DNA from: Candidatus Bathyarchaeia archaeon
GTDB taxonomy: Archaea; Thermoproteota; Bathyarchaeia; 40CM-2-53-6
NCBI GenBank assembly: GCA_049697135.1
Contig: JBAVVE010000136.1
Coordinates: forward strand, 1-45,564
DNA: 45,564 nucleotides
Direction: 5' to 3'
In this document: piece after piece, positions 9,356 through 18,120 of the stretch
Layout of the letters: each line of letters opens with the position of its first letter
Position numbering within the stretch: the first letter of the stretch is position 1
The notes under the pieces: model-generated
Told to the model about the DNA's origin: nothing
What the model saw: the letters and a program-made list of their open reading frames with translations, nothing else
Databases searched by the model: none
Translations under genes and position numbers: made by a program

Positions 9356-9778
9356 TCTGGACGTGGATCAGTAACGGCCTCGATGGGGTTCTCCTATCCG
9401 CATACCGTGTTTTTATCTGTTCCGAACTTGCGCGCCCAACGCAAGTACGCTGACCGGTTGAAGCAGGTGTCTTGAGTCGAAGCCTCTCAAAACGTCCTTC
9501 CTACCAATGGCAAGGGTTCACGGTATCGGGTGAAGCTTCCTTTTCTGGGCCAGAGCCCTATGACTCGGAATTCAACTACAATCACTAGGGCGTCAAGGGT
9601 TCACTCCAAACACAGTGATGTACGTTCTCGGACTGCCGGACAGTCGTACACGTTCTGATTCTAGCACTCGGAGAGAACCTGCAATCGATTCGAAGGCTGT
9701 GTGTCGTTAGGTGCGCACATATTAGTTACTTGACGGCTACTCGCTTGTTCAGTGAATGGCACGGCTCCGTGAGGACGA

Positions 9779-11341
9779 ATGAAACGCTATCCGACGATAC
9801 TGGTCCTGCTATTGGTCGCAGTCGCCCTTGTTGCTCGTTTTCAGGTCTTTGCCATGGCGCAGCATGCTCCATATGTCCTAGCGGAAAAGCCATTCTATAC
9901 GTTACGAGATAAGCAAGTTCTGCTCCAAGGTGGAGGGTACCCCCCAGCGAAACCCTACCATGTCTGGCTTCAGACCCCGGTCGATAACTCTACTCGCTAT
10001 ACTGGAGTCAGTTTTCTCACCACGGAGAAAGGAGAACTCCCATCCATCCCTCCGGCAACAGCACCCCCAGCCGTCCTGCTACCGATCGAACAGAATTCCG
10101 CGCTCGGAACGTATCTGGTGAGCATTTCAAACTCCACGACGTCGGATTCCGCGACGGCACGAGCACACTATGGGATCTGGGGCGCCGGCAAGTCCGTCTA
10201 TCAGCGTACAGAAGTCATTCAAACAACGGGAGGAGGCATCATGCCCAAGGGCACTCTGAAGGTGACCATCCGAAACCCTGGAGGCGTCATCGTAAACGAT
10301 ATCAGCGTGACCGCAAACGAAACTGGCGCCTTTCTCGCGACTTGGAGGATCCCTCCGGACGCGATGAAGGAATCCTACACAGTTCTCATACAGGGTACGG
10401 GCACATACGATGACTCAGCCGCAGAGTTTGCGTCGACCTCTAAGTTCTCTGTAGCTCCAGCTCTGCTGAGCGTAAGAGTTTACACCCAGCCTGATGGGGC
10501 CTATGAGAGGACACAGAAAGCCACCGCGGAGTTCGCGATACTCTATCCCGACTCCACCCCAGTCATAAGCATGTATGAAGGTCTCAAACCTGCCGCATTC
10601 TATGCGGGGCAGTTCAAGAGAGCGGACCTCACCCTTGTAGCCACTGACACGACCAGCGGGATCTGGGCCGTCGAACGCCGGATCCTGAGAAACGCTACCC
10701 TCAGCGCAGACTACAGGTTTGTGATGCCGGCAAATGGATTCGATGATGGGTACGGAAACACTGGCCCAGAGAGAGATGTTGAGACTGACAGTTTTCCTGT
10801 AGTATCCGCCACACTTCAGGTGAGCACTACCCTCAACTCGACCCACTACCAGATTCCGCTTGACACGATCACCGCGTACACCCAGGTCAACTATCCAGAT
10901 GGGTCATCGGTCACGAACGCTACCGTTCGAGCATGGTTGAGTGCCGCGGATTCGGAGGCGAACGCCACCGTGACTTGCGACAAATCCGGTGGGGTCTGCG
11001 TCATCAGGTATACCTTCTCGCTGCTCGACCTGATTCGGCTTGGCGCTTGGACTCTGACAGTGGAGGCTAGAGATATCTACGGAAATGCTGGATCTGCGTC
11101 TCTTGGGGTCGTTGTCGAACCCTACTACTTCCTCGCAATTCTGATCGTAGCTGTGGTTGCTCTGCTCCTAGCGAGATTGTTCCTGTCAAGGTATTGGCGT
11201 CGACTGTATCTTGGAGCGAAGCGCGCCTCGTCAGCGCTCAGGTACCGTCGGAAGCCATCTCCTCTCGGTCGCTACATTAACCGTTCTCGTAATAGTCATC
11301 AGACTCGTCCTGATTGTACTCACTTCGTAGTCGCGAAGTAG
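9779..11341 (+). CDS. Secreted, C-terminally anchored surface protein with macroglobulin/Ig-like domains
   Basis: Signal peptide MKRYPTILVLLLVAVALVARFQVFAMA. It has multiple N-x-S/T sequons. An MG2-like segment is present (LKVTIRNPGGVIVNDISVTANETGAFLATWRIPPDAMKESYTVLIQ). A C-terminal TM helix YYFLAILIVAVVALLLARLFL is followed by a basic tail. Confidence 0.7.
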   Translation: MKRYPTILVLLLVAVALVARFQVFAMAQHAPYVLAEKPFYTLRDKQVLLQGGGYPPAKPYHVWLQTPVDNSTRYTGVSFLTTEKGELPSIPPATAPPAVLLPIEQNSALGTYLVSISNSTTSDSATARAHYGIWGAGKSVYQRTEVIQTTGGGIMPKGTLKVTIRNPGGVIVNDISVTANETGAFLATWRIPPDAMKESYTVLIQGTGTYDDSAAEFASTSKFSVAPALLSVRVYTQPDGAYERTQKATAEFAILYPDSTPVISMYEGLKPAAFYAGQFKRADLTLVATDTTSGIWAVERRILRNATLSADYRFVMPANGFDDGYGNTGPERDVETDSFPVVSATLQVSTTLNSTHYQIPLDTITAYTQVNYPDGSSVTNATVRAWLSAADSEANATVTCDKSGGVCVIRYTFSLLDLIRLGAWTLTVEARDIYGNAGSASLGVVVEPYYFLAILIVAVVALLLARLFLSRYWRRLYLGAKRASSALRYRRKPSPLGRYINRSRNSHQTRPDCTHFVVAK

Positions 11342-12375
11342 GTCCCGAGTCTCCTGGCGACATCTTCGGGCATCGACTCTGCGACCGTCTCGAGTTGAAT
11401 CCTTTCCATGAAACCACAGTCGCTTGTATAGTACTCCTTCAAGCTGGGTCGAGAGTTCATCCTCAAATTAAGCGCATAGTAGTCCAGACTTCTGTCTAGT
11501 GGGCCCGAGAGCAAGCTCATGTTGAGGCTTTCGACCCCAAGGTGGTAGTAGCCTTTCAAGATTCTGGAGATGCCAATAGAAAGGGCTTCTAGACTTCGTT
11601 CGTCCATGTTAGATATGGATGACAATTTGGGGAATACTCCCAAGACTTCGTTGTTGGCTTGAGGAGCGTAGCTCGCCAGCCAAGTTACAGATTCGTCTAC
11701 ATGGATTAGCCTGTCCCCAATTTCCAGTTCCGTTTCGACCAGGTCCTGCCAGTAGTTGCTCCCGTGCTTCCCGTAATATGCTTCGCTGCGGCGAATGAGC
11801 CTCTCCTGAAGATAGGTTGGGCTTCTATCGGCTAGGGCCTGAAGGTGAGGATGAATTATGCTTCCACCGGCGGGTGGCATGTAATTCCAGTCTATGGATC
11901 CATATTTCACATCGTGATTTCCGCGTTGGGTACGCAACAAATAGTCAACGCACACGCGCATGCAGTCGTGGATGATCCTTGGAGAGAATTCGTTCAGTGC
12001 GAGGTGATGGTGTTCTGAGAATACCGCGATGGCGTGATGCTCGCCGAAAGGGTATAGATTTGGGAACAGAACTGCGGAACCGACCTTGAGCCTCTTCTCG
12101 TCCATGAGTTGATCCGGAAAGCAGGGGGTCATGCTCTCAAGGTTCTCTGGACAGAAGATGCAACCTTTCCTAGACGTCTCTATGACGCTGGTCGCAGAAC
12201 TGCCGCGCTTAGCTGCCTGCCTCACTCGTTCAGATCGTCTTATGTTGATTCTGCAACGCATACCGGTTAGAGGATCTCGCCTATACTCTATGGGTTGCAC
12301 CTCAAGGGCAAAGTTGGATAATGGACTGCACAGCCGCGCTTCGCGAAGCTCCTTCTCGAAAGTCAAGACTCTCAA
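11320..12375 (-). CDS. Galactose-1-phosphate uridylyltransferase-like (HIT-superfamily hexose-1-P nucleotidyltransferase/phosphorylase)
   Basis: Motifs present: RRDPLTG, the Zn motif CIFCPEN, FPNLYPF, and the catalytic HPHLQ (GGSIIHPHLQALA). The 3' end overlaps the converging gene 9779..11341 by 22 nt. Confidence 0.75.
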   Translation of the reverse strand: MRVLTFEKELREARLCSPLSNFALEVQPIEYRRDPLTGMRCRINIRRSERVRQAAKRGSSATSVIETSRKGCIFCPENLESMTPCFPDQLMDEKRLKVGSAVLFPNLYPFGEHHAIAVFSEHHHLALNEFSPRIIHDCMRVCVDYLLRTQRGNHDVKYGSIDWNYMPPAGGSIIHPHLQALADRSPTYLQERLIRRSEAYYGKHGSNYWQDLVETELEIGDRLIHVDESVTWLASYAPQANNEVLGVFPKLSSISNMDERSLEALSIGISRILKGYYHLGVESLNMSLLSGPLDRSLDYYALNLRMNSRPSLKEYYTSDCGFMERIQLETVAESMPEDVARRLGTYFATTK

Positions 12376-12463
12376 GAGTCAAATCACAATCGCTTGGTCA
12401 TAATCAGTTGGATGAACTTTGTTATGCGGACTGGCCCTCGGCAACTGTTGAACTCCTCTATCA

Positions 12464-12475
12464 AAAAGTATATGT
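12464..12475 (+). promoter_or_regulatory. Candidate BRE/TATA element for the glycosyl operon
   Basis: aaaaagtatatg is centred ~36 nt upstream of the ATG at 12506, in the divergent 130-nt intergenic region. This spacing fits an archaeal TATA box with a short leader. Confidence 0.3.
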
Positions 12476-12505
12476 TGTTTGCGAGGATATACCCTCACGT
12501 GAACG

Positions 12506-13723
12506 ATGCGAGCTCTCGACCCCGACGCTCAAAGGTCGATATCAAGGGTCGGGCATGCCGAGATTCTGATAGGAATACCCTCGTACAACAGCGCCAAAAC
12601 GATCGGTCACGTGATAACGCAGTCAGCCAAGGGGTTGTCCGAGTATTTCAGCGACGGTCAGAGCTTGATCCTAATTTCTGACGGCGGGTCTGCCGATGGA
12701 ACTGTGGAGATTGCCGAAGCCCTTCACTTGCCACGAGGAGTCCAGCTGATAACTTGCAGATATCAAGGCGTGCCGGGAAAAGGAACCGCAGTAAGGGCCA
12801 TCTTTGAGGCGGCGATCCAACTAGGCGCCACGGGCCTAGCCATGATCGATTCAGATCTACAAAGCATCACACCATCTTGGATCAGATTGCTGATCCATCC
12901 GACGCTCAATCAGGCAGGCCTCGTCACTCCAAGATATGATCGACACAAGTATGATGGTACGATCACAAACCAGTTGTGCTATCCTCTGACGCGCGCCCTA
13001 TACGGAAGGAGAATTAGACAGCCCATAGGCGGAGACTTCGGACTCTCCGCAAAACTAGCAAAGACGTTGATTGAGAGCCCCCTCTGGGAAACACCGTTCG
13101 TCCCCAGATTCGGGATCGACATATTCATCACAAGCTCCGCGCTCGCAAGCGGATTCACTGTTGAAGAAGCTGATCTTGGTGTAAAGGTCCACGAGTCAAA
13201 GGATCCTGCACTGCAACTCGCTTCGATGTTCAGAGAAGTGGCAGGCTCAGCGCTAACCTGCATGCGAGAGTATGAGGACTTCTGGAGAAAGATCAAGGGC
13301 AGCTCTCCGGTACCCCTACACAGGAACGATGTCACAAGGATTGAACCACCGTCTGTTACCGTGAGCCTACACAGGCTGATTGAAGAGTCAAGAAATGTGT
13401 ACTCTCGGTCCGACCACTTCAAGTCGTCTCTCACACCTGACCTCAGGCGTGAGCTTGACCACTGCATGTCCGCCCTGCCGGATGGCCCTGAGCTTTCAGT
13501 AGACATCTGGGCAAGGACCGTCTACGAAGTATCTGCAAAGTTCAAAACGTTTGATGAGACTAGGAGTTCGCTTCTTGAAGGCTTGAGAGCGGTCTGGACC
13601 GCGAGAGTGGCGACGTTTGTCAAGCAGACAGCCTCGATGACCAATGAAGAAGCTGAAAGAAGAGTGGAGGAGGATGCAGCATACTTCGAAGAGGCGAAGA
13701 GCGAGCTCGTGAGAATCTACTGA
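12506..13723 (+). CDS. GT-A fold (GT2-like) glycosyltransferase
   Basis: Motifs present: ILIGIPSYNSAKTIGHVI, LILISDGGSADGT, GKGTAVRAI, AMIDSDL (DxD), RYDRHKYDGTITN, RQPIGGDFG. It has a helical C-terminal domain. Confidence 0.75.
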   Translation: MRALDPDAQRSISRVGHAEILIGIPSYNSAKTIGHVITQSAKGLSEYFSDGQSLILISDGGSADGTVEIAEALHLPRGVQLITCRYQGVPGKGTAVRAIFEAAIQLGATGLAMIDSDLQSITPSWIRLLIHPTLNQAGLVTPRYDRHKYDGTITNQLCYPLTRALYGRRIRQPIGGDFGLSAKLAKTLIESPLWETPFVPRFGIDIFITSSALASGFTVEEADLGVKVHESKDPALQLASMFREVAGSALTCMREYEDFWRKIKGSSPVPLHRNDVTRIEPPSVTVSLHRLIEESRNVYSRSDHFKSSLTPDLRRELDHCMSALPDGPELSVDIWARTVYEVSAKFKTFDETRSSLLEGLRAVWTARVATFVKQTASMTNEEAERRVEEDAAYFEEAKSELVRIY

Positions 13724-13739
13724 CGCAGGATGATTCCTC

Positions 13740-14888
13740 TTGAAGATAGCGATCGTTAGGTCCACACTTCATACGGGATCAGGTCAGACTGTTCATGTCC
13801 GAGAGCTCTCAAGACATCTGAGGAGGCTCGGCAACGAAGTCTCCGTATTCAGCCGGAGCATCGAAGACCAAGATCTATCCCAAATCGGGGTTGAGCTCAG
13901 ATTCTTACTCGACAATGTTCCGTTTATTCGTCATCTGGGCTTCGCCGCAGCTTGCCTCTCTGGTATCGAGGACTTTGACATCGTTCACACGCAATATCAT
14001 CCTGATATTATTGCTGGCAATTGGGTTCACAAGTTCAAGAAGCGGCCGCACGTCTTCACCTACCATGGATTTGCTCCGGCAAGGATGTGGAGGAATCCGT
14101 TTCAGAAACTGAAGATGATAGACCACCGGGTAGGAACTTTCTTTTCACTCAGACTGGGGTTGGACAGGATAATTGCGGTCAGCCACTTTTTGAAGAGAGA
14201 ACTTGTGAGATGGTACCGTCTGGACCCCGAGGTAGTCCGTGTGGTATACAACGGTGTCGACTTGGAGCGGTTTAGCCCGGAGCTTGATGGCGGTAAGGTG
14301 AGGGTGCGCTATTCTCTCGGGGAGAGCCCGCTTGTGGCGTTCGTTGGAAGGTTAGCACCGTACAAGGGACCGCAGTTCCTACTGGAGGCGATTCCGCGCG
14401 TATTGAAGGAAGTGCCGAATGCCAAGTTCATTTTCGTTGGGTCGGCGAGATTTGACCTAGCTAGGATTGGCGAGTTCGTGCGTACGCCGCAGGTTAGAAA
14501 AGCAGTCAGATTCACGGGGTACGTAAACGACAATGCACTCCCGGACTTCTATGCATCATGCGACGTGTTCTGCTATCCCAGCCTGTGGGAAGGTTTCGGC
14601 CTGACCCCTGCTGAAGCCCAAGCCACCGGGAAGCCTGTTGTGGCATTCAAGACATGCGCTCTCCCTGAAGTCGTACAAGACGGCGTTACGGGATTATTAG
14701 TTCCGCCACGCGATTCAATCGCCCTAGCAGGAGCCGTCGTGAGACTTCTACAGGACTCCGAGCTGAGGAGAAAGATGGGACAGGAGGCGAGAAGTAGAGC
14801 TGAGCGTATGTTTTCCTGGGAAAGAGCCGCACGCCAGACCCTGAGGGTCTATGAGGAAGCTCTGGAGGTGCATAAGAAACACCGATGA
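13740..14888 (+). CDS. GT4-family (GT-B) glycosyltransferase
   Basis: 382 aa with a TTG start. Motifs: FVGRLAPYKGPQ and PSLWEGFGLTPAEAQATGKPVVAF (the E-x7-E region). Confidence 0.85.
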   Translation: MKIAIVRSTLHTGSGQTVHVRELSRHLRRLGNEVSVFSRSIEDQDLSQIGVELRFLLDNVPFIRHLGFAAACLSGIEDFDIVHTQYHPDIIAGNWVHKFKKRPHVFTYHGFAPARMWRNPFQKLKMIDHRVGTFFSLRLGLDRIIAVSHFLKRELVRWYRLDPEVVRVVYNGVDLERFSPELDGGKVRVRYSLGESPLVAFVGRLAPYKGPQFLLEAIPRVLKEVPNAKFIFVGSARFDLARIGEFVRTPQVRKAVRFTGYVNDNALPDFYASCDVFCYPSLWEGFGLTPAEAQATGKPVVAFKTCALPEVVQDGVTGLLVPPRDSIALAGAVVRLLQDSELRRKMGQEARSRAERMFSWERAARQTLRVYEEALEVHKKHR

Positions 14889-15556
14889 CCACTGGTGTCG
14901 CCATTGTGGACATGGACGGTACCCTCCTGTCCAAACGATCCATCGACGTGTTCTGCATAGGGCTAGGTTTGACGGAAAGGCTGGCCGAGGTCGACAGACT
15001 TTCTCCGGATCTTCCTGCATACAGGGTTAGTGAAATGATCGCTGCATTCTTCAAAGGTTTGCCGAGACACAGCCTTGAGGGTCTGTTCGACTCGATACCT
15101 CTTAGTGACGGCGCCGATGAATTCGTCAGCTACCTCAAATCGAAAGGATTCTTCATCGCGATCGCCACTGACTCGTACGAGTTCTTGGCGGAGAGGCTAG
15201 CTAGGAAGATTGGCGCGGACACAGTCTACGGGAACATAGTCGAGATGCAAGACGGACTGCTGACGGGCAGACTGCTGACAAAGCCTCGGTGTTTGAAGAT
15301 CAAGGGTTGCAGGCAGTACTCGACTTGTAAGCTCTGGTTCATGAGAGAACTCAGCGACAGAGTGGGAGGTCTCACGCTCGCGGTCGGCGACGGCGAATCC
15401 GACTTCTGCGCCATTACCGAGGCGGACATGGGAGTCGCTTTTCGTCCGAAAACCCAGTCGATTGCGACGGTTGCCGATACGGTTGCGTCGGATTACTCAG
15501 AGGTCGAGTCCTGGCTGCAAAGAGAAATCACGACCCGTCGATGCCAATCAAGTTGA
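14885..15556 (+). CDS. HAD-superfamily (subfamily IB, SerB-like) phosphatase
   Basis: Motif I is IVDMDGTLL. A cap region follows. Motif IV is AVGDGESDF. The ATG overlaps the upstream stop (ATGA at 14885-14888). Confidence 0.8.
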   Translation: MTTGVAIVDMDGTLLSKRSIDVFCIGLGLTERLAEVDRLSPDLPAYRVSEMIAAFFKGLPRHSLEGLFDSIPLSDGADEFVSYLKSKGFFIAIATDSYEFLAERLARKIGADTVYGNIVEMQDGLLTGRLLTKPRCLKIKGCRQYSTCKLWFMRELSDRVGGLTLAVGDGESDFCAITEADMGVAFRPKTQSIATVADTVASDYSEVESWLQREITTRRCQSS

Positions 15557-15676
15557 TAGATCAGTTGAATGTTTCTCCTTGTTCGCAGATTGATGGTGGA
15601 AGGGCACCGGTGTTAGAATCCTCTGTGGGCTAAGTTAATCTGAATCCATATCGTTTCCTTGTAGTTAGTCGAGGAG

Positions 15677-17134
15677 ATGCGGTCAAACGGTAGAGCGGCC
15701 ATGGCAAGGGCGGTAACTCGTGTCAGAAGGGGAATTCTCAAGTTTCTTGAGAGGAGGGTCGCTGAAAGGCGGGAGGGTCTTATCGAGCAGGTCGTGAGGC
15801 TCAAGAAGTCTCTTGTTTCCACCGACGAACTTGGACAGAAGCAGCCGCTCACTGTCTCAATAGTGATCCCCACGTTTCTGAAAGATCGCAGTGAACTCTC
15901 AGGATATCGGTTTGAAGTCATCCGGAACGAACTAATTGAGTTGGGTCATCTCCTGAGGCAAGGTGTCGCCGATGAGATAATCATCATCGACGGCTCCACA
16001 AAGGGTTCCGGAGCTATCGACGACTCACTGATGAGACAAACAATTTCAACAATGAATCGCAGCCTGTCCATCTTTCACGACGAGGTTGACCTCATCCAAA
16101 AGTACAGAGTCACAAGAGAGAAAGCTGCTGTTGGGCTCTACGATTTTGTAGTTCGCGTTGTTCACCAACTGGATCCTGAGATAGGTAGGGCGCTGAAGGT
16201 ATCCCAGGTGCTCCCTCAAGGCCTGCCGACCGGGAAAGGCGCTGCGCTTTGGCTAGGCATAGGTCTCTCCTCAGGTGACGTGGTGTGTTTCGTGGATAGC
16301 GACATTAGAAGCTTCCAGGGATGGCAGGTGGCTGCGTTACTCAAACCTATCCTAGAGTCGTGGAGACGAACCGAGAACTCTGTGCTCTATTCAAAGGCGC
16401 ACTATGCGCGATTGGCAGTCAATCTTGACTCTCCGGAAAGAGGCTTCTACAAGCTTGGAGGCCGAGCGACGAGACTATTCGTGATCCCACTTGTTCGAGC
16501 CCTCTCGAAGCGGGGCGTGCTCGGAGGACTTGAAAAGCTTCGCTACCCGCTTTCAGGAGAGTTTGCTGGAACTAGAAACCTATTCGAGTCTATCTCCTTC
16601 CCGCCGGGATATGATGCGGAAATGGCAATCCTCATCCAGATGTGGAAGAGAGGCCTAGTGAGCCGAATTGAACAGGTCGATCTCCGTCTGTTTCAACACT
16701 TCCCGCAGAGCGACAAGTCGATTTATCAAATGGTTAGGCAGATCGCGGATCTTGTGGTGTCCGAGCTGAAGGATCAGGTAAGCTTTGATCAGAAACTGGT
16801 TGACGACTATCTTTCAGAGGCCACGAAGGACATAGCGCTAGCGCAAGAGATGTACGAGAAAGCCGAGGTGAGGGTTGAGATAGAACACGAGGTGAAGAGG
16901 GATTTCTTCAAGGATACGGAAGGAGACAGGAAGAGGGTTCTTGCCTATGCAGAAGAGTTGAGAAACGTGATAGTTGATTCGGGGCAACCTAAGAAATCAT
17001 CTGCACAACGACTTCCAAGCTGGGAGAGCATAAGAAGAGATGAGAAGGGAGCAAAACTGCAGTCTTTCATGAGAAGAAGAGCGGTCACGTCTACAGTCGA
17101 ACTTCTCTCAAAGGAAGGCCTAGTCGGTCTTTGA
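15677..17134 (+). CDS. Glucosyl-3-phosphoglycerate synthase-like glycosyltransferase (GT81-like) with N- and C-terminal extensions
   Basis: Collinear with GpgS motifs: VSIVIPTF, DEIIIIDGS, PTGKGAALW, VCFVDSDI, GGRATRL, PLSGEFAGTRNLF, PPGYDAEMAILI. It has a ~100-aa charged helical tail. Confidence 0.7.
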   Translation: MRSNGRAAMARAVTRVRRGILKFLERRVAERREGLIEQVVRLKKSLVSTDELGQKQPLTVSIVIPTFLKDRSELSGYRFEVIRNELIELGHLLRQGVADEIIIIDGSTKGSGAIDDSLMRQTISTMNRSLSIFHDEVDLIQKYRVTREKAAVGLYDFVVRVVHQLDPEIGRALKVSQVLPQGLPTGKGAALWLGIGLSSGDVVCFVDSDIRSFQGWQVAALLKPILESWRRTENSVLYSKAHYARLAVNLDSPERGFYKLGGRATRLFVIPLVRALSKRGVLGGLEKLRYPLSGEFAGTRNLFESISFPPGYDAEMAILIQMWKRGLVSRIEQVDLRLFQHFPQSDKSIYQMVRQIADLVVSELKDQVSFDQKLVDDYLSEATKDIALAQEMYEKAEVRVEIEHEVKRDFFKDTEGDRKRVLAYAEELRNVIVDSGQPKKSSAQRLPSWESIRRDEKGAKLQSFMRRRAVTSTVELLSKEGLVGL

Positions 17135-17213
17135 GGGTCGCCGTGATGTATCGATATGTCAATCTAGGGGGAATGCATCTTCATGATCCAGTCGAATTCA
17201 GGAGGAATGGGGA

Positions 17214-17945
17214 ATGCCTATCGAACAGTTGTTGACTGAGCTCTGGTCGACGATCGTAGACTACGCGCCGAGGATAGTGGGCGCCGTCATTATCCTGTTA
17301 GTCGGTTGGGCCTTGGGGCGAGTGCTTGGCAAGGGGCTTTCAAGATTTCTGCAGAGAGCCGGAATCGCCGACAGTCTGGGAAAGACCGTCATTGGAAGGG
17401 CGCTCGTTCGATCCGGCGTCACATCCACTAGGTTTCTCGAGCTTCTCGTCAGATGGTTCGTATATCTAGTTGCGGTTCTAGCCGTGGTCGATGTGCTAAG
17501 GATAACCGCACTAAACGCCTTCGTGAGCGCCGTAGTACAGTATCTGCCGAACTTTATCGCAGGCATCTTCATCCTGCTTTTCGGTCTCGTCGTCGTCGAT
17601 TTCGTAGGGGATGCCATTGCAGCGATAGGGAGAGAAGCAAAGATCGAGCTTGCCCCGATCCTCTCAGCGGGGATCAAGCTCTTCTTGTATCTGACGGTGA
17701 TCGTTATCGCCTTGACGACCATGAGGATCGATGTCACAATATTGAACGAGTTTGCCAAAGCTATAGCATGGGGAATCGGCATTGGCACTGCAGTAGGATT
17801 GGGAATAGCCTTCGGCTGGGGACTCAAGGATTACGTGGCAAGAAACATTGACAAGTGGATAACGTCCGCCGAGAGCATCGCTACGAAAGGCGAGGACTTC
17901 TGGAGCTGGTACACGCGTTCCAGAGAAGAGAAGGAAGCCACATAG
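17214..17945 (+). CDS. Conserved-TM-helix repeat membrane protein (MscS-N-terminal-like)
   Basis: GGAGG lies 8 nt upstream of the ATG. Repeated units IVDYAPRIVGAVIILLVGWALGRVLG and VVQYLPNFIAGIFILLFGLVVVDFVG resemble the Pfam TM_helix repeat. No MscS beta-domain is present. Confidence 0.6.
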   Translation: MPIEQLLTELWSTIVDYAPRIVGAVIILLVGWALGRVLGKGLSRFLQRAGIADSLGKTVIGRALVRSGVTSTRFLELLVRWFVYLVAVLAVVDVLRITALNAFVSAVVQYLPNFIAGIFILLFGLVVVDFVGDAIAAIGREAKIELAPILSAGIKLFLYLTVIVIALTTMRIDVTILNEFAKAIAWGIGIGTAVGLGIAFGWGLKDYVARNIDKWITSAESIATKGEDFWSWYTRSREEKEAT

Positions 17946-18120
17946 CCACGTGGGAGACTCGTGAGCTCTATAAGCGAAGTGCGGCTACTGTCTTGCGGAT
18001 CACCAGTCGATGCTCACATGATGCAACAGAGTTGGAACGTCGTCTCTGCCTATTGGTGTGGAACTGTCATCTCCGGTTGCTCGGTCATCCACCTGCAAGA
18101 GGTCTCTGTAGACTAAGCGG

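Noticed and set aside
17261-17827. 188-aa minus-strand ORF opposite the TM-helix repeat protein
   Set aside because: It is an antisense shadow ORF of a membrane-protein gene with biased Thr/Ser/Pro/Arg composition and no start context.
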